This document shows, one piece after another, positions 9,212 to 18,858 of a stretch of DNA of 39,207 nt. Below the pieces are notes generated by a model that ran no database searches, was not told the origin of the DNA, and was given only the letters and a program-made list of their open reading frames with translations. The translations under genes were made by a program, and so were the position numbers. Where the stretch lies: assembly GCA_026396205.1 (NCBI GenBank), contig JAPLXF010000058.1:1-39207 (forward strand), in the 5' to 3' direction. Numbering within the stretch: position 1 is the first letter of the stretch; each line of letters opens with the position of its first letter. The stretch is from Candidatus Moraniibacteriota bacterium. Its GTDB lineage: Bacteria > Patescibacteriota > Minisyncoccia > Moranbacterales > UBA2206.

Positions 9212-10433
9212 AATTGAACATCTTATCTATCTAATTATTTTTTTCTTGCCGGCGTATCTTTTGCGCTTTTATATCTTTGGAATTCCCACTAATGTTTTAG
9301 AAATATTAATTATTATTCTCGGGGTGGCTTGGCTGGCGGAAATAAAAAATGAAAATTTAAAAAGTTTTTGGCAGGAATACAAAAAAATAATTTTTTCTTT
9401 TTTGATTATAATTTTGGGCTTGCTGGCTTCCACTTTAATTAATAAAAATTATGCAACCGGGTTGGGAATTATCAAGGGCTGGTTTATTATCCCGTTTTTA
9501 TTTTTTTTGATTATCAAAACCGCGCTTCCGGATAAAGAAAAAGCGGTTAAAGCTTTTTATTATTCGGCGCTGGCCGTTTCCATGCTGGGAATAATTTACT
9601 ATGTTGCCGGCCGGCTGACTTTTGATGGCCGATTACAAATTTTTTTCAATTCGCCCAATTATTTGGCGATGTATCTGGCGCCGGCGGTGATAATCGGTGC
9701 GGTCAGATTCAATAAATCCCGCACCTTCTTACAGAATATTAAACTCCGTAGAAAGAACTTGCCTAATCCAATTATCTTCGAGTCAAACCATGAGAATTTC
9801 TGGAAGGTACGGGACAAGAAGCCGGTATTCTTTATTATTTCACTGGGGATTATACTATTAACTTTGTATCTCACTTTTTCCTACGCGGCCTGGGCGGCTT
9901 TATTTATAAGTTTGTTGGTTATTGAAATAGTGAAAGCTAAAAGAAGCTTTTTTCATTCAGGAATATTTAAAAGTACACTGATAATTTTTATTTTATTTTT
10001 ATTTTTGCAATTGGGCGGGAATAAATTCTATGATCTAAAAACACTGGCGGAAAGATCCTCTTTTTCTTCCCGAACAATGATTTGGAAATCGGCCGAAAAA
10101 ATACTTTCCGATAATTGGCTGTGGGGCATCGGGCCGGGCAATTTCCAAAATAGATATCTGGAATACCAACCATATTTCCCGCCTTATCTGGAGTGGGCGG
10201 TTCCCCATCCGCACAATCTTTTTCTTAATTTTTGGCTAAGCGGAGGCCTTTTGGCGCTGCTGGGATTTTTGGCCCTGCTTTATTTTTGGCTGAAAAGAAT
10301 TAAAAAACAAAAAAGCGATGTTTTCTTTTTCATCGCCTTGGGAATTATGCTGGCTATTTTAATTCAAGGGTTGGTGGACACCACTTTTTTCAAAAATGAT
10401 TTGGCCATTATTTTCTGGCTGGCTTTTCTATAA
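9195..10433 (+). CDS. O-antigen ligase-like (Wzy_C) membrane protein with in-frame palindromic insert
   Basis: RLQIFFNSPNYLA, SSRTMIW, WGIGPGNF and HPHNLFL motifs; hydrophilic insert at about 9717-9818. Confidence 0.88.
   Translation: MKKRLKIEHLIYLIIFFLPAYLLRFYIFGIPTNVLEILIIILGVAWLAEIKNENLKSFWQEYKKIIFSFLIIILGLLASTLINKNYATGLGIIKGWFIIPFLFFLIIKTALPDKEKAVKAFYYSALAVSMLGIIYYVAGRLTFDGRLQIFFNSPNYLAMYLAPAVIIGAVRFNKSRTFLQNIKLRRKNLPNPIIFESNHENFWKVRDKKPVFFIISLGIILLTLYLTFSYAAWAALFISLLVIEIVKAKRSFFHSGIFKSTLIIFILFLFLQLGGNKFYDLKTLAERSSFSSRTMIWKSAEKILSDNWLWGIGPGNFQNRYLEYQPYFPPYLEWAVPHPHNLFLNFWLSGGLLALLGFLALLYFWLKRIKKQKSDVFFFIALGIMLAILIQGLVDTTFFKNDLAIIFWLAFL
9717..9818. repeat. Inverted-repeat-bounded ~100 bp insert
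   Basis: TCCCGCACCTTC (9717-9728) pairs with GAAGGTACGGGA (9803-9814) with 1 mismatch; followed by CAAG. Confidence 0.7.
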
Positions 10434-11561
10434 ACCAATCCGGTAAAGCTTACTGTCGACCTTGTTGACAAAGAAAAGCTGGCTCTCGTCTGTGTTCAGG
10501 AAAAGATTAGCGGCGTCAAACTGACTTTCGATTTTTACCGGGTCAACTATCCTTTCTTTTTCTCCGGTTTTAACATCCGCTTTCCAAAAAGTATCGGTGG
10601 TTTTAAATTTTCCGCTCAAATAATCATTGGGTAAAATCATACCGGCCGGAATGGAAGCCGGCAGGGCGTAAAAAACCGTTTTATTGTCTTTCGACCAAAC
10701 GCATTTGGAAATAAATGTCGGAATGCCCAAACTGCGCAGTTCTCCACCATTACTGTTCATAGCCGAAAGCTGGATTTGCTGGCCGCCTCTTTCATTGGCA
10801 TGGCTGATTAAAACCGTTGATCCGTCCAGACTCCACAAATAATCCGCGCCGAATTTTCCGCCCAAAAGAGTTTTCTTTTCGCCCAATATCGAAGCGGATT
10901 GAAACTTGGTTTCCGTATAAGCATCCGGCTGGTTCCAGAAAGAAAGCAGGCCGGTTTGCGGAATGGGCGCGATGGCGATATCCCTGAATTCAACATCAGT
11001 CACCTTGCTCCAATTGGATCCATCGGGATCGGCGACGCTGATGTCGCGCTTTTTGCTGACCGGATCGTAGTATTTATAAAGAATCTTGGCATCATTCTGC
11101 CAGACAACCGTGTCAATATTATTTTTCAGCGGCACGCCAGTTTTTTCAGCGTAGTCATAATAGAAAAAAGTATTTTTTCCGGCGCCGGAAAATTGGGAAA
11201 TTACCTTGGTTCGGTCGGGCGACCAAAAAATTCCGGACAAGCCGGGCAGATCTTTATCGGAAAGTGTTTTTTTATTGATTCCGTCCAAATCAATTTCATA
11301 AGTTTTTCCATTTGGCGTGTAATATTTGATAGTCTTGTTTCTTTCGTCAAAAACCGGAGCCAAAACCGCTTCGTCGGATACCACCGGAATGCTTTTTTCC
11401 AGTTTTTTGACCTCCGCTACCGGAACTGTTTCCTCCAGTTTGACTGCCGGAACGGCCGGCGGCGCCGGTTTTCGGAAAACCAAAAAATAAATCCCCCAAA
11501 AAATGAGGACGATGGCCAGAAGGGCCGAAGAAAAAATAAAAAGTTTTTTGGATAAAGACAT
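10428..11561 (-). CDS. Membrane-anchored beta-propeller-like protein (TolB/WD40-like)
   Basis: N-terminal TM and Pro-rich linker, then repeated WSPD/WSLDG/WSKD blade motifs. Confidence 0.7.
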   Translation of the reverse strand: MSLSKKLFIFSSALLAIVLIFWGIYFLVFRKPAPPAVPAVKLEETVPVAEVKKLEKSIPVVSDEAVLAPVFDERNKTIKYYTPNGKTYEIDLDGINKKTLSDKDLPGLSGIFWSPDRTKVISQFSGAGKNTFFYYDYAEKTGVPLKNNIDTVVWQNDAKILYKYYDPVSKKRDISVADPDGSNWSKVTDVEFRDIAIAPIPQTGLLSFWNQPDAYTETKFQSASILGEKKTLLGGKFGADYLWSLDGSTVLISHANERGGQQIQLSAMNSNGGELRSLGIPTFISKCVWSKDNKTVFYALPASIPAGMILPNDYLSGKFKTTDTFWKADVKTGEKERIVDPVKIESQFDAANLFLNTDESQLFFVNKVDSKLYRIGL

Positions 11562-11582
11562 TATTTTCTTATTAAATTATTT

Positions 11583-12452
11583 TTAGTTAAACACAACATG
11601 ATAATGGTCGCTGCCGTCGGTAAAATTGCAGCCGTAATTATATACTGGCGGATTACTGGAGGCGATGCAGGAAATATTCAAGCTTTTGTCAGTAGCGCCT
11701 TGTTTCAAGCAGGTTCCAAGGGCGTCGCTGGTGTTGCGTATGTCTACATTGGGCTTTCCCGGTCCGTGAGAGCTGTGTCCGCCTTCAGTTCCTCCGCTCA
11801 CGATTATAGCTCCGCATTTAGCGGCGACTTTTTTCAATCCATCGATGGCGTTTTGCGGCAATTGGCAAACGGTTGTGCATCCGCTTTGGTTTTGGGAAGA
11901 GCAGGTATTATTTTTTACAGTAACTCCTCCGCCGCTCTCTATTTGCTTCTTGGCGTCCTGATCGCATTTGGCAAATTCGGAATCGGAAACTTGCGGTTCT
12001 GTTCCGGCCGGAATAGGTTTACCCGCTCCGTCAGTTTTTCCTACTCCCACCGGCGTGCCCGCCCCCGTTGTCAGCGGTTTCATTTTAGTCAGATCAGGAT
12101 TGATAAAATAGAGAATAAGCCAAGCGGTTAAGGCCAGAATTAAGCCAATGATAGCGTCAGTAATATATTTCTTGGCTTTTTCCATCCCCGCATTATTACC
12201 GGCCGAAGCTACATACATATACCCTCCGATGATTATCATCGTCATGGCGCAGATAGATACAACCGCGATACCAAACTTGTAAATCGTATTGAGATAAGTA
12301 TAGAAATCCACTCCGGACGCAGAAGATTCCGCTTCATAACCAGGAATTTTTTCCATTGGCTGGTAACTGTAGCTTTGGGCGGAAACTAAAATCGGAGCCG
12401 CAAATAACAGCATAAACGATAATACAAGACACAATTTTCTAATATCTTTCAT
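11583..12452 (-). CDS. VirB2/TrbC-like pilin fused to a Cys-rich putative Zn-peptidase domain
   Basis: Signal peptide; IIIGGYMYVASAGN...AKKYITDAIIGLILALTAWLILYFINPDL pilin motif; C-terminal SHGPGKPNVD...DHYHV. Confidence 0.75.
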   Translation of the reverse strand: MKDIRKLCLVLSFMLLFAAPILVSAQSYSYQPMEKIPGYEAESSASGVDFYTYLNTIYKFGIAVVSICAMTMIIIGGYMYVASAGNNAGMEKAKKYITDAIIGLILALTAWLILYFINPDLTKMKPLTTGAGTPVGVGKTDGAGKPIPAGTEPQVSDSEFAKCDQDAKKQIESGGGVTVKNNTCSSQNQSGCTTVCQLPQNAIDGLKKVAAKCGAIIVSGGTEGGHSSHGPGKPNVDIRNTSDALGTCLKQGATDKSLNISCIASSNPPVYNYGCNFTDGSDHYHVVFN

Positions 12453-15400
12453 TGGAATATTCTGTAAATGACATTACCAGCCAAGAGGTGAATAAAATTA
12501 AGAGCGTAGTCAGAAAAATACGGAAGAGAAAGGCGAAATAAACGGGAAAGCCGGTGAAAAGAGTAGCCAGAATCTTTTGGCTCTGGGCTTTTATTCCCAC
12601 ATCAGTGGCGGGAGCTGCAATAACTTTGGCTTCAATTTCGCTGCCAATAGGCTTTTCATAAAATTGGTTAAAATCCACATTCCAGTTGTTGGCTAAAAAT
12701 TGCTTGGTGTTATTATCCTGCGAATAAATTCCGCCGAAGCTTATGGCATAAGAATCATTAATTGCTTTGTCAGTGTTGAAGATTAAAGTCGGCGCTTGGG
12801 TTTTTTCATCCACTCCCAATTTCACTCCCAAAGTTTGTTCGGCATAGGATTGCAAAGCTTTGGCAATATCGCTGTCCCCCACGGGAATAGTCATTCCATC
12901 GAAACTCCAAGAGGCTTGGTAGAGATTTTGGATCGGCATATTTACATTGGCCTTCAAGGTTACTGATTTATCAGCTTCCACTTCAAAAGAATCAGTGCTT
13001 TCATCCGGGTATTTTGTTCCATCAATGCCGACGAAAGTTCCCAATTGTTCCGGGTGGCATGAGGCCTTGCTTTCGTCCGCGCAGGCCAGAGAAACTTGCG
13101 GGTCGGTCACTTCAAAAGTGCGGGTCAAGTTGACCTTTTCGCCATCGGCATTGTTGGCAATCAGGGAAACGGAATATTGTTCGCCGGTATTTTTCAGCAC
13201 CGGAAAATAGGCTATATTGGTATTTTCAGAATTGCCCGAACAATTAGTTCCCTCCAAGCAGGGCAAAGGCTTGCCATCAAGAGTCCAAGCCATATCGGTC
13301 ATTTTGTTTTTTGTTTCGTCCACTTTCAGTCCGACAATTTGATTTTTCATCACCGGGCAGACAACGCCTTCAACTTGCGTGCGATCAGCGCATAGCCCAT
13401 TGCCGGTTCCGTCAACCAAGCTGATATTTCCGGAAGCATCAACCGCCGTCGGGAAGACTTTGATTTTTCCTCCGGTGCTGGACACGAGGATGAAAACATC
13501 AGCATTGCCTTCATTGGCTACGCCCTTAAAGATATTTTCTCTGACAGTCAAATGCACTTTCAAATAGAAGTTCCCTTTATAATCGGGAAAATTCAAGGGA
13601 AAACGAATGGAATCCAAACCGAAACCCGAAGTCTGCTTGAGCCCGGGAATTTGTGCTTTAGTCAAAGGCTTTCCGGTTTCCGCTCCGCTGATGTTGCCTT
13701 CCGAGTCAAGGTAGTTGATTTCCCAGTTGTATTTTAGGAAATTTTTGTCTTTGACATTGGAAACGGTGGAATTGATAATCAGTTCATCGCCCTCCGATTG
13801 CAAATAATCGCCTTTATAATCCGTTGAATCATTAATAGGGCTGTCCGGAGTGTAAGAAAGATTAACATCAACTTTGGCCGATTGTCCGCCTTCGGTCGGA
13901 TCAACCAAATTTTTTATTAAACAATCATTAATGTCTTTTTGGGTCATTTCGACAGTGGGAATTTTAACCGGGTAGCCCTTGACAATTATAGATTTTTCTC
14001 CAATCTTATCTTCGGGAACCTTGCAATCATTTTTAGGATAAGCCCACATAATCATTTTTGAGGAATCTTCATATTTGGTCGGCGTGATTCCCACTCCTTC
14101 CACTATCACGCCCACCTTGTCGCCCGCTTGATAAGTCCAAGTGAAAGAATCTTGTCCCAAACCCGCCACATTAGCCTCGTCCTTGTTGCCGTTATCGGCG
14201 GTGCTTGGATCATCCGGATTAGTGCGGAAGAAAAATTCTTCCAATTTATCATAATTATTATTGCCAATTCCAACCAAGCCTATATTCTGCCAGTCGGAGG
14301 CTCCGTTAAGTTTTTCACATAGCGATCCCAGATTCCAATAAGAAGACAGAACGGTGCATAATTTGCCATAATCATTGGCGTTAACTATAACGGGGAACTG
14401 ATGGCCGCAACCGGAAATCCAACCGCTGGTATTTTTTCTGACCATTTCATAATTTGTGCCGGTTCCAAAATCGTGAATATAGCATTTGGGCATTTGGTTA
14501 TAAAGTTTTTCTGCTTCTTTCTCTATCACTTCTCGAACGGCTTTTACCACTTTATCCCGAAATGCTCCCAATCCAGCCGCATTAATATGCAGATAAGGTT
14601 CCTGTAAGTCTAAGGTAAAAACATCTTGCCAATTAGTATTGTCGCGAATCGTATGAACAATTTGCGTAACCCAAGATAATACTTGTCCATCATCAAGCTT
14701 GAGCGCATCGGCAATTTGTGAATTACAGGTAGCAATTATACGGCTAATAAGTTTACTTGTAATCAAGTCTTTAATGGGCGTGGCTTTATCAGTATCAGTT
14801 CCTGCGTCATTTTCTTCGGTAACGGAAGCAATGCAGGTTATCAAATCGGCATATTTTCCCATATCATCCATCACATTGCCCCCTAACTTATTTTTTTGCT
14901 GGTCATCTCCGCCGAAAAAAGCCCTATAGCCATCACTATCCGCAGAAGAAACAGTTGAAAATTTATATTTATTATCCGCAGAACAAAAATCCGGCGGGCT
15001 GTCGACATCGCAAGTGCGCTGGTCTTTAGGCAAAAGCTTGTCATAGTCGTAGTTGCCCTTGCCCATCGCTCTTTTCCAATCGAAACCGTTGCCGGCAATA
15101 ATGCGCGAGGCTTCAATTTTCCATTCATTGGGGACAATTTTTAAATCCCCTCTGTGATTGATGTACCAAGTGTAATAAAGCGCTTTCATGTTCGCATTGC
15201 CGAAATACATCGGAACGGCGTTGGCAGTAATTTTTTCTCCCGGTTTGGGGCTGGCCGGATTAAAAACTATCGTTACCTGCGGAGCATCGGTTTTTTGGCT
15301 GGCGACATTGAAAGTTTCCCCCGCGTTTTGCATACTGATTGGATCAAGATGGTATCTTTGTTCAATTTCAGCGGCCACTTCACTGGGAGAAGGATAGACA

Positions 15401-15564
15401 GAGCCGCCGGAAGATCCCAGCAAAGTAGATCCCTTCACACCAGATCCCGGCATAGATGGAGAGCTTGACATAGATTGCGCCAAAACGGAAGAAAAACTCA
15501 TCATAAAAACTTCCAGTGAAATCAGGGCGGTGAGGGATATTTTTTTGAGGTTTTTAGAACGCAT
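12439..15564 (-). CDS. Large cell-surface protein (signal peptide, Ig/PKD-like beta domains, C-terminal TM)
   Basis: 1041 aa with YYTWYIN, LKYNWEIN, AWTLDG and WSFDG Ig-like strands, multiple Cys and a hydrophobic C-terminus. Confidence 0.7.
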   Translation of the reverse strand: MRSKNLKKISLTALISLEVFMMSFSSVLAQSMSSSPSMPGSGVKGSTLLGSSGGSVYPSPSEVAAEIEQRYHLDPISMQNAGETFNVASQKTDAPQVTIVFNPASPKPGEKITANAVPMYFGNANMKALYYTWYINHRGDLKIVPNEWKIEASRIIAGNGFDWKRAMGKGNYDYDKLLPKDQRTCDVDSPPDFCSADNKYKFSTVSSADSDGYRAFFGGDDQQKNKLGGNVMDDMGKYADLITCIASVTEENDAGTDTDKATPIKDLITSKLISRIIATCNSQIADALKLDDGQVLSWVTQIVHTIRDNTNWQDVFTLDLQEPYLHINAAGLGAFRDKVVKAVREVIEKEAEKLYNQMPKCYIHDFGTGTNYEMVRKNTSGWISGCGHQFPVIVNANDYGKLCTVLSSYWNLGSLCEKLNGASDWQNIGLVGIGNNNYDKLEEFFFRTNPDDPSTADNGNKDEANVAGLGQDSFTWTYQAGDKVGVIVEGVGITPTKYEDSSKMIMWAYPKNDCKVPEDKIGEKSIIVKGYPVKIPTVEMTQKDINDCLIKNLVDPTEGGQSAKVDVNLSYTPDSPINDSTDYKGDYLQSEGDELIINSTVSNVKDKNFLKYNWEINYLDSEGNISGAETGKPLTKAQIPGLKQTSGFGLDSIRFPLNFPDYKGNFYLKVHLTVRENIFKGVANEGNADVFILVSSTGGKIKVFPTAVDASGNISLVDGTGNGLCADRTQVEGVVCPVMKNQIVGLKVDETKNKMTDMAWTLDGKPLPCLEGTNCSGNSENTNIAYFPVLKNTGEQYSVSLIANNADGEKVNLTRTFEVTDPQVSLACADESKASCHPEQLGTFVGIDGTKYPDESTDSFEVEADKSVTLKANVNMPIQNLYQASWSFDGMTIPVGDSDIAKALQSYAEQTLGVKLGVDEKTQAPTLIFNTDKAINDSYAISFGGIYSQDNNTKQFLANNWNVDFNQFYEKPIGSEIEAKVIAAPATDVGIKAQSQKILATLFTGFPVYFAFLFRIFLTTLLILFTSWLVMSFTEYSNERY

Positions 15565-15585
15565 TTGTTTTAAAACTATTGTATG

Positions 15586-15667
15586 TTGTCATTCCGGCCT
15601 CCGAGCCGGAATCTAGTTCATCGGCATTAGTTATTTACTGGATTCCGCATCAAGTGCGGAATGACAA
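15586..15667. repeat. Bipartite REP/RPE-like palindromic element, copy 1
   Basis: TTGTCATTCCGGCCTCCGAGCCGGAATCTAG...CTGGATTCCGCATCAAGTGCGGAATGACAA. Confidence 0.85.
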
Positions 15668-15672
15668 AATTA

Positions 15673-16335
15673 CTACCGATACATATGTATTATAACAGCA
15701 TCGGCGATGATAATCGAGAGCCAAGCGGCGATGGGAGCGTAAAGGAGCGAACGGCTTTGGTAGGTAATCCAGCCGGAAGTGAAGGCGGTTATAAGATAAA
15801 GGGCGTTTATCCAATTGAAATTGCCGGTAGCCCAGAGAAAAAGGGCGAAAACGGTAAATTGGAGGAGTGGCGCCAGAATTCCCAGATATTTCCGGAAACT
15901 GAACATTATAAATCCGCGGAAAAACATTTCGTAAAGGAAAATATAAATGCCGACCAGTAAAATTTCATAGAGAGCGAAATAAAAAAAATTGGCGGAAAAA
16001 GGAACGGTATAGGCTTTGGAAAAATTGGTGTAAAAAATCAATAAATAAACGGCGGCTAAAGTAGCTATCAACGATAATATTCCCCACAAAACGCCTTTTT
16101 TCCAATTCCCCATTTGCCAGCCGTAATCTTGAAAATCACGGCGCAGATTAAATTTAATATAAAGAACGGGAATCAGCAGGAAAAAAACAAAGATGACTGT
16201 AGCTGTTTGGGCGAAACCTTTGACGGGAAAAAGGAAAAAAAGCGCCAGACAAATCAGAATTACTAATGAAGTAATGGCAATTTCTTTGGCTTCGCTGTTT
16301 TTTAGAGATAATTTTTTCAGATATCTTTTATTCAT
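15673..16335 (-). CDS. CPBP (CAAX/Abi) family membrane protein with degenerate active site
   Basis: Multi-TM; YEMFFRGFI motif 1 and GWITYQSRSL. Start placed at MNKRYL, overlapping the upstream stop, with AAGGAG upstream. Confidence 0.75.
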   Translation of the reverse strand: MNKRYLKKLSLKNSEAKEIAITSLVILICLALFFLFPVKGFAQTATVIFVFFLLIPVLYIKFNLRRDFQDYGWQMGNWKKGVLWGILSLIATLAAVYLLIFYTNFSKAYTVPFSANFFYFALYEILLVGIYIFLYEMFFRGFIMFSFRKYLGILAPLLQFTVFALFLWATGNFNWINALYLITAFTSGWITYQSRSLLYAPIAAWLSIIIADAVIIHMYR

Positions 16336-16882
16336 AAGCATATTCTCCTTCAAATCCTTCTTCTTCAGTTTCGGCAGCCGATTCTTGCGGCGCTTGGCTT
16401 CTTTCCCAAAGCACCATCAAATAAATTAAAACAACAACTACAGTTTGCAGTGGAAGCCCATTGACTCCGTAAAAAAAACTTTCCACAACCACGCCGCTGA
16501 TATTGGTGAGAGTTCTTAAAACAGTCATAACTAACTTTTTTTTGCCTCGACCGCCGAGAAGAGTGGTAAAAATCCAGATAGTCAGCGCAGTGCACCAGCT
16601 TATAATTGACATAACGGCCATACCGATAGCCGGTATTGGCAAAGTTATAACCAAATCCAGCAAATCTTTAATCATAGCCAGAAAAAAAGGAATCAGAAAA
16701 AGAATGTCGGTCAGTTCCATTTGCTTGATTAAAGAATAAGCAAATTTCACCGGATTTTTCAAGGCCGAAAAAGTCGATTTAGCCGGACTCTCCGGCTTTT
16801 TTTCACCTGCCTTATCTTTCTCGCCTTCTTTATCATTATCTCGGGAATCTTCCAGATTTTGTTTGTTTTGTTCCTCTGTCAT
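16328..16882 (-). CDS. Hypothetical membrane protein
   Basis: 184 aa with charged termini and a hydrophobic core; co-oriented in the operon. Confidence 0.75.
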   Translation of the reverse strand: MTEEQNKQNLEDSRDNDKEGEKDKAGEKKPESPAKSTFSALKNPVKFAYSLIKQMELTDILFLIPFFLAMIKDLLDLVITLPIPAIGMAVMSIISWCTALTIWIFTTLLGGRGKKKLVMTVLRTLTNISGVVVESFFYGVNGLPLQTVVVVLIYLMVLWERSQAPQESAAETEEEGFEGEYAYE

Positions 16883-16990
16883 CCCGGTAGTAGTCCCGCC
16901 TTTGTTAAAATAAAGCGGGATAAAGCTATGAATTATTAATTTAGTATCCTGTAGTATCAGATTTATAACGGCGGGACACTACGGGACAAG
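16882..16990. repeat. Inverted-repeat-bounded element
   Basis: TCCCGGTAGTAGTCCCGCC...GGCGGGACACTACGGGA followed by CAAG. Confidence 0.75.
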
Positions 16991-17002
16991 TCCCTTTTGA
17001 AT

Positions 17003-17100
17003 TGTCATTCCGGCCCCAGAGCCGGAATCTAGTCTACAAACCAGAGTTTATTTACTGGATCCCGGATCAAGTCCGGGATGACCCCGCCGTGGCAGGGTCA
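17003..17100. repeat. Bipartite REP/RPE-like element, copy 2, with an added hairpin
   Basis: TGTCATTCCGGCCCCAGAGCCGGAATCTAG...CTGGATCCCGGATCAAGTCCGGGATGAC, then CCCGCCGTGGCAGGGTCA. Confidence 0.85.
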
Positions 17101-18853
17101 TTTTTTCTCTTCCTCTTTTTCTTCCATTTCATCCAATTCTTTTTTGGCGTTTTCAATTTCCAAAAGCTGGGCCGGGTCGGTGGTGATTATCTGGTCTTCC
17201 GAATAGGAAGCAATGACTTTAATAGCCACATGTTTGGTGCCGGCAAAGAAAATGCCTTCCCCCACGTTGCTTTCCAGCAGTAAAAACTTTTCTTGGTCAG
17301 TCAAATAAAATGTTTCCGCAACCACATCAATGGCGGCCGGCGATTGTTTGAGCAGTAATTGTATAGACGAATTGGTAACAATCGGTTTGCCGTAGCGGGA
17401 AGCCAAAAAGTCGTTGATATCTTGCGTAATAGTCGTCAGGCCGGTGTAATATTTCCGGCAGCGTTTGGCAATGCCGAACATAAACCACATACATGGCTAC
17501 CGGCCGCAGTTCTTCTTCCATATCGCGGATATTAAAAACCACCAGCGAATTGTTGACTCGAATATTGGTCGGCTGATTGAGGAAGCCGGAGAAAATTCCT
17601 TCAGTGTATTTTTCCAAGCGCGTGGCTAAATCTTCCGCACCTTCCATATTCCGCAAAACTTGGTATAAATCAGTCATCGTCGGAAAAGCTTCGGCCGTGA
17701 GCGTATTAAAATTAGTCTGCTCGGTAATGTCGCGAATGGCATAAGTTTCATGGACGGCCTTGTCCAAAACGGAATCTTCTTCGGGAGTGATATTGCCCAG
17801 CATAATATGCAAAAGTCCCAGCAAACTGGCGATATTATTGCGCAAAATATCGGCCGGCTCTTCATCTTCCCGCACCTTGGGCAGGTCGAAGGGATTGATA
17901 TGATGCGGCGAAGTCAGGGAAATCTTGATAAAAGTGCCATTGACCGTTTCACAGAGATGCTTGTATTCATTTTCCGGATCGATAATAATCACTTCCGTTC
18001 CCAGCATCAAAGAGCGGAGCGTTTCCAATTTAATAGTATAGCTTTTACCGGCGCCGGACTTGGCGAAAACGACCATATTGGCATTTTCCATTTTGAAACG
18101 GTCGAAAATAATCAAGCTGTTATTGTGGCGGTTGATGCCGTAGAGAATACCTTCGTCATTGGAAAGGGTGGAAGAAACAAAAGGAAAAGTCGTGGACAGC
18201 GGAGCCGAATTCATATTGGTTCCCACATCCAGTTCGTCGTTGGCCAGCGGAATCGCCGAATTGAAGCCTTGTTCGGATTTGAAAACCGCCGGTTTGACAT
18301 AAACCAACTGGGCTTCCAAAATAGCTTCAATCGATTTGGAAATTTTATCCAGCTCTTTTTCGTCTCCGGCGTAAATAGTTACATACAGCCCGAAGCGGAA
18401 AAATTTCTCCGTTCCCTGCTGAAGCTTGTCGCGCAGTTCTTCAATGTCCGTAGCGGCTGTTTCCAGCGCCGGGTCGCGAATTTTGCCGCCGGCCTCTTCA
18501 ATGTGCAGCTGGGATTGGACTTGGGTGGCGCTTTTGCGGAGCGTTTTCAGAATATCATTGGTGTCGATCGGATGGATAAACATGGAAATATCCAGCGGCA
18601 GGTCAATGTTGATAATCGGAGAAAACCAGTTGCTGTGGAGATAGCGCGGATAAGCAATGACGAAAAGCGTCTGCGCCAAAGTTTCGCCGACGCGGATATA
18701 GCGCGGGGCGACTTTAATGGCAGAGGGCGCGATTAAATCAGCCAACTTGGCGACGCCCTCTTGGTAATAGCGCTCGCTTCTTAAGACTTCGTCTTTTTCT
18801 TCCGGACGCAGAGTCTCGCCCTTTTTCTTTTTTATTTTGAGAAAATCCAACAT
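17098..18853 (-). pseudogene. virB4: VirB4/TraE-like T4SS ATPase split by a frameshift at ~17485, Walker B segment missing
   Basis: Walker A AKSGAGKS and IIIDPENEY lie in ORF 17327-18853. AKRCRKY..GLTTITQD and LLLKQ lie in another frame (17098-17490). No hhhhDEA motif occurs in either frame. Confidence 0.8.
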
Positions 18854-18858
18854 ATTTT

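Noticed and set aside
17002..17283. ORFs containing WIPDQVRDD (17002-17283, 24033-24389)
   Set aside because: The shared peptide is only the translation of the palindromic repeat.
17470..17500. Programmed ribosomal frameshift in virB4
   Set aside because: No slippery heptamer, and the joined product would still lack Walker B.
17750..18736. 328-aa + strand ORF and other long antisense ORFs (10899-11555, 20476-21168, 30948-31469, 36189-36707)
   Set aside because: They are shadows of well-supported opposite-strand genes and have no recognisable motifs.
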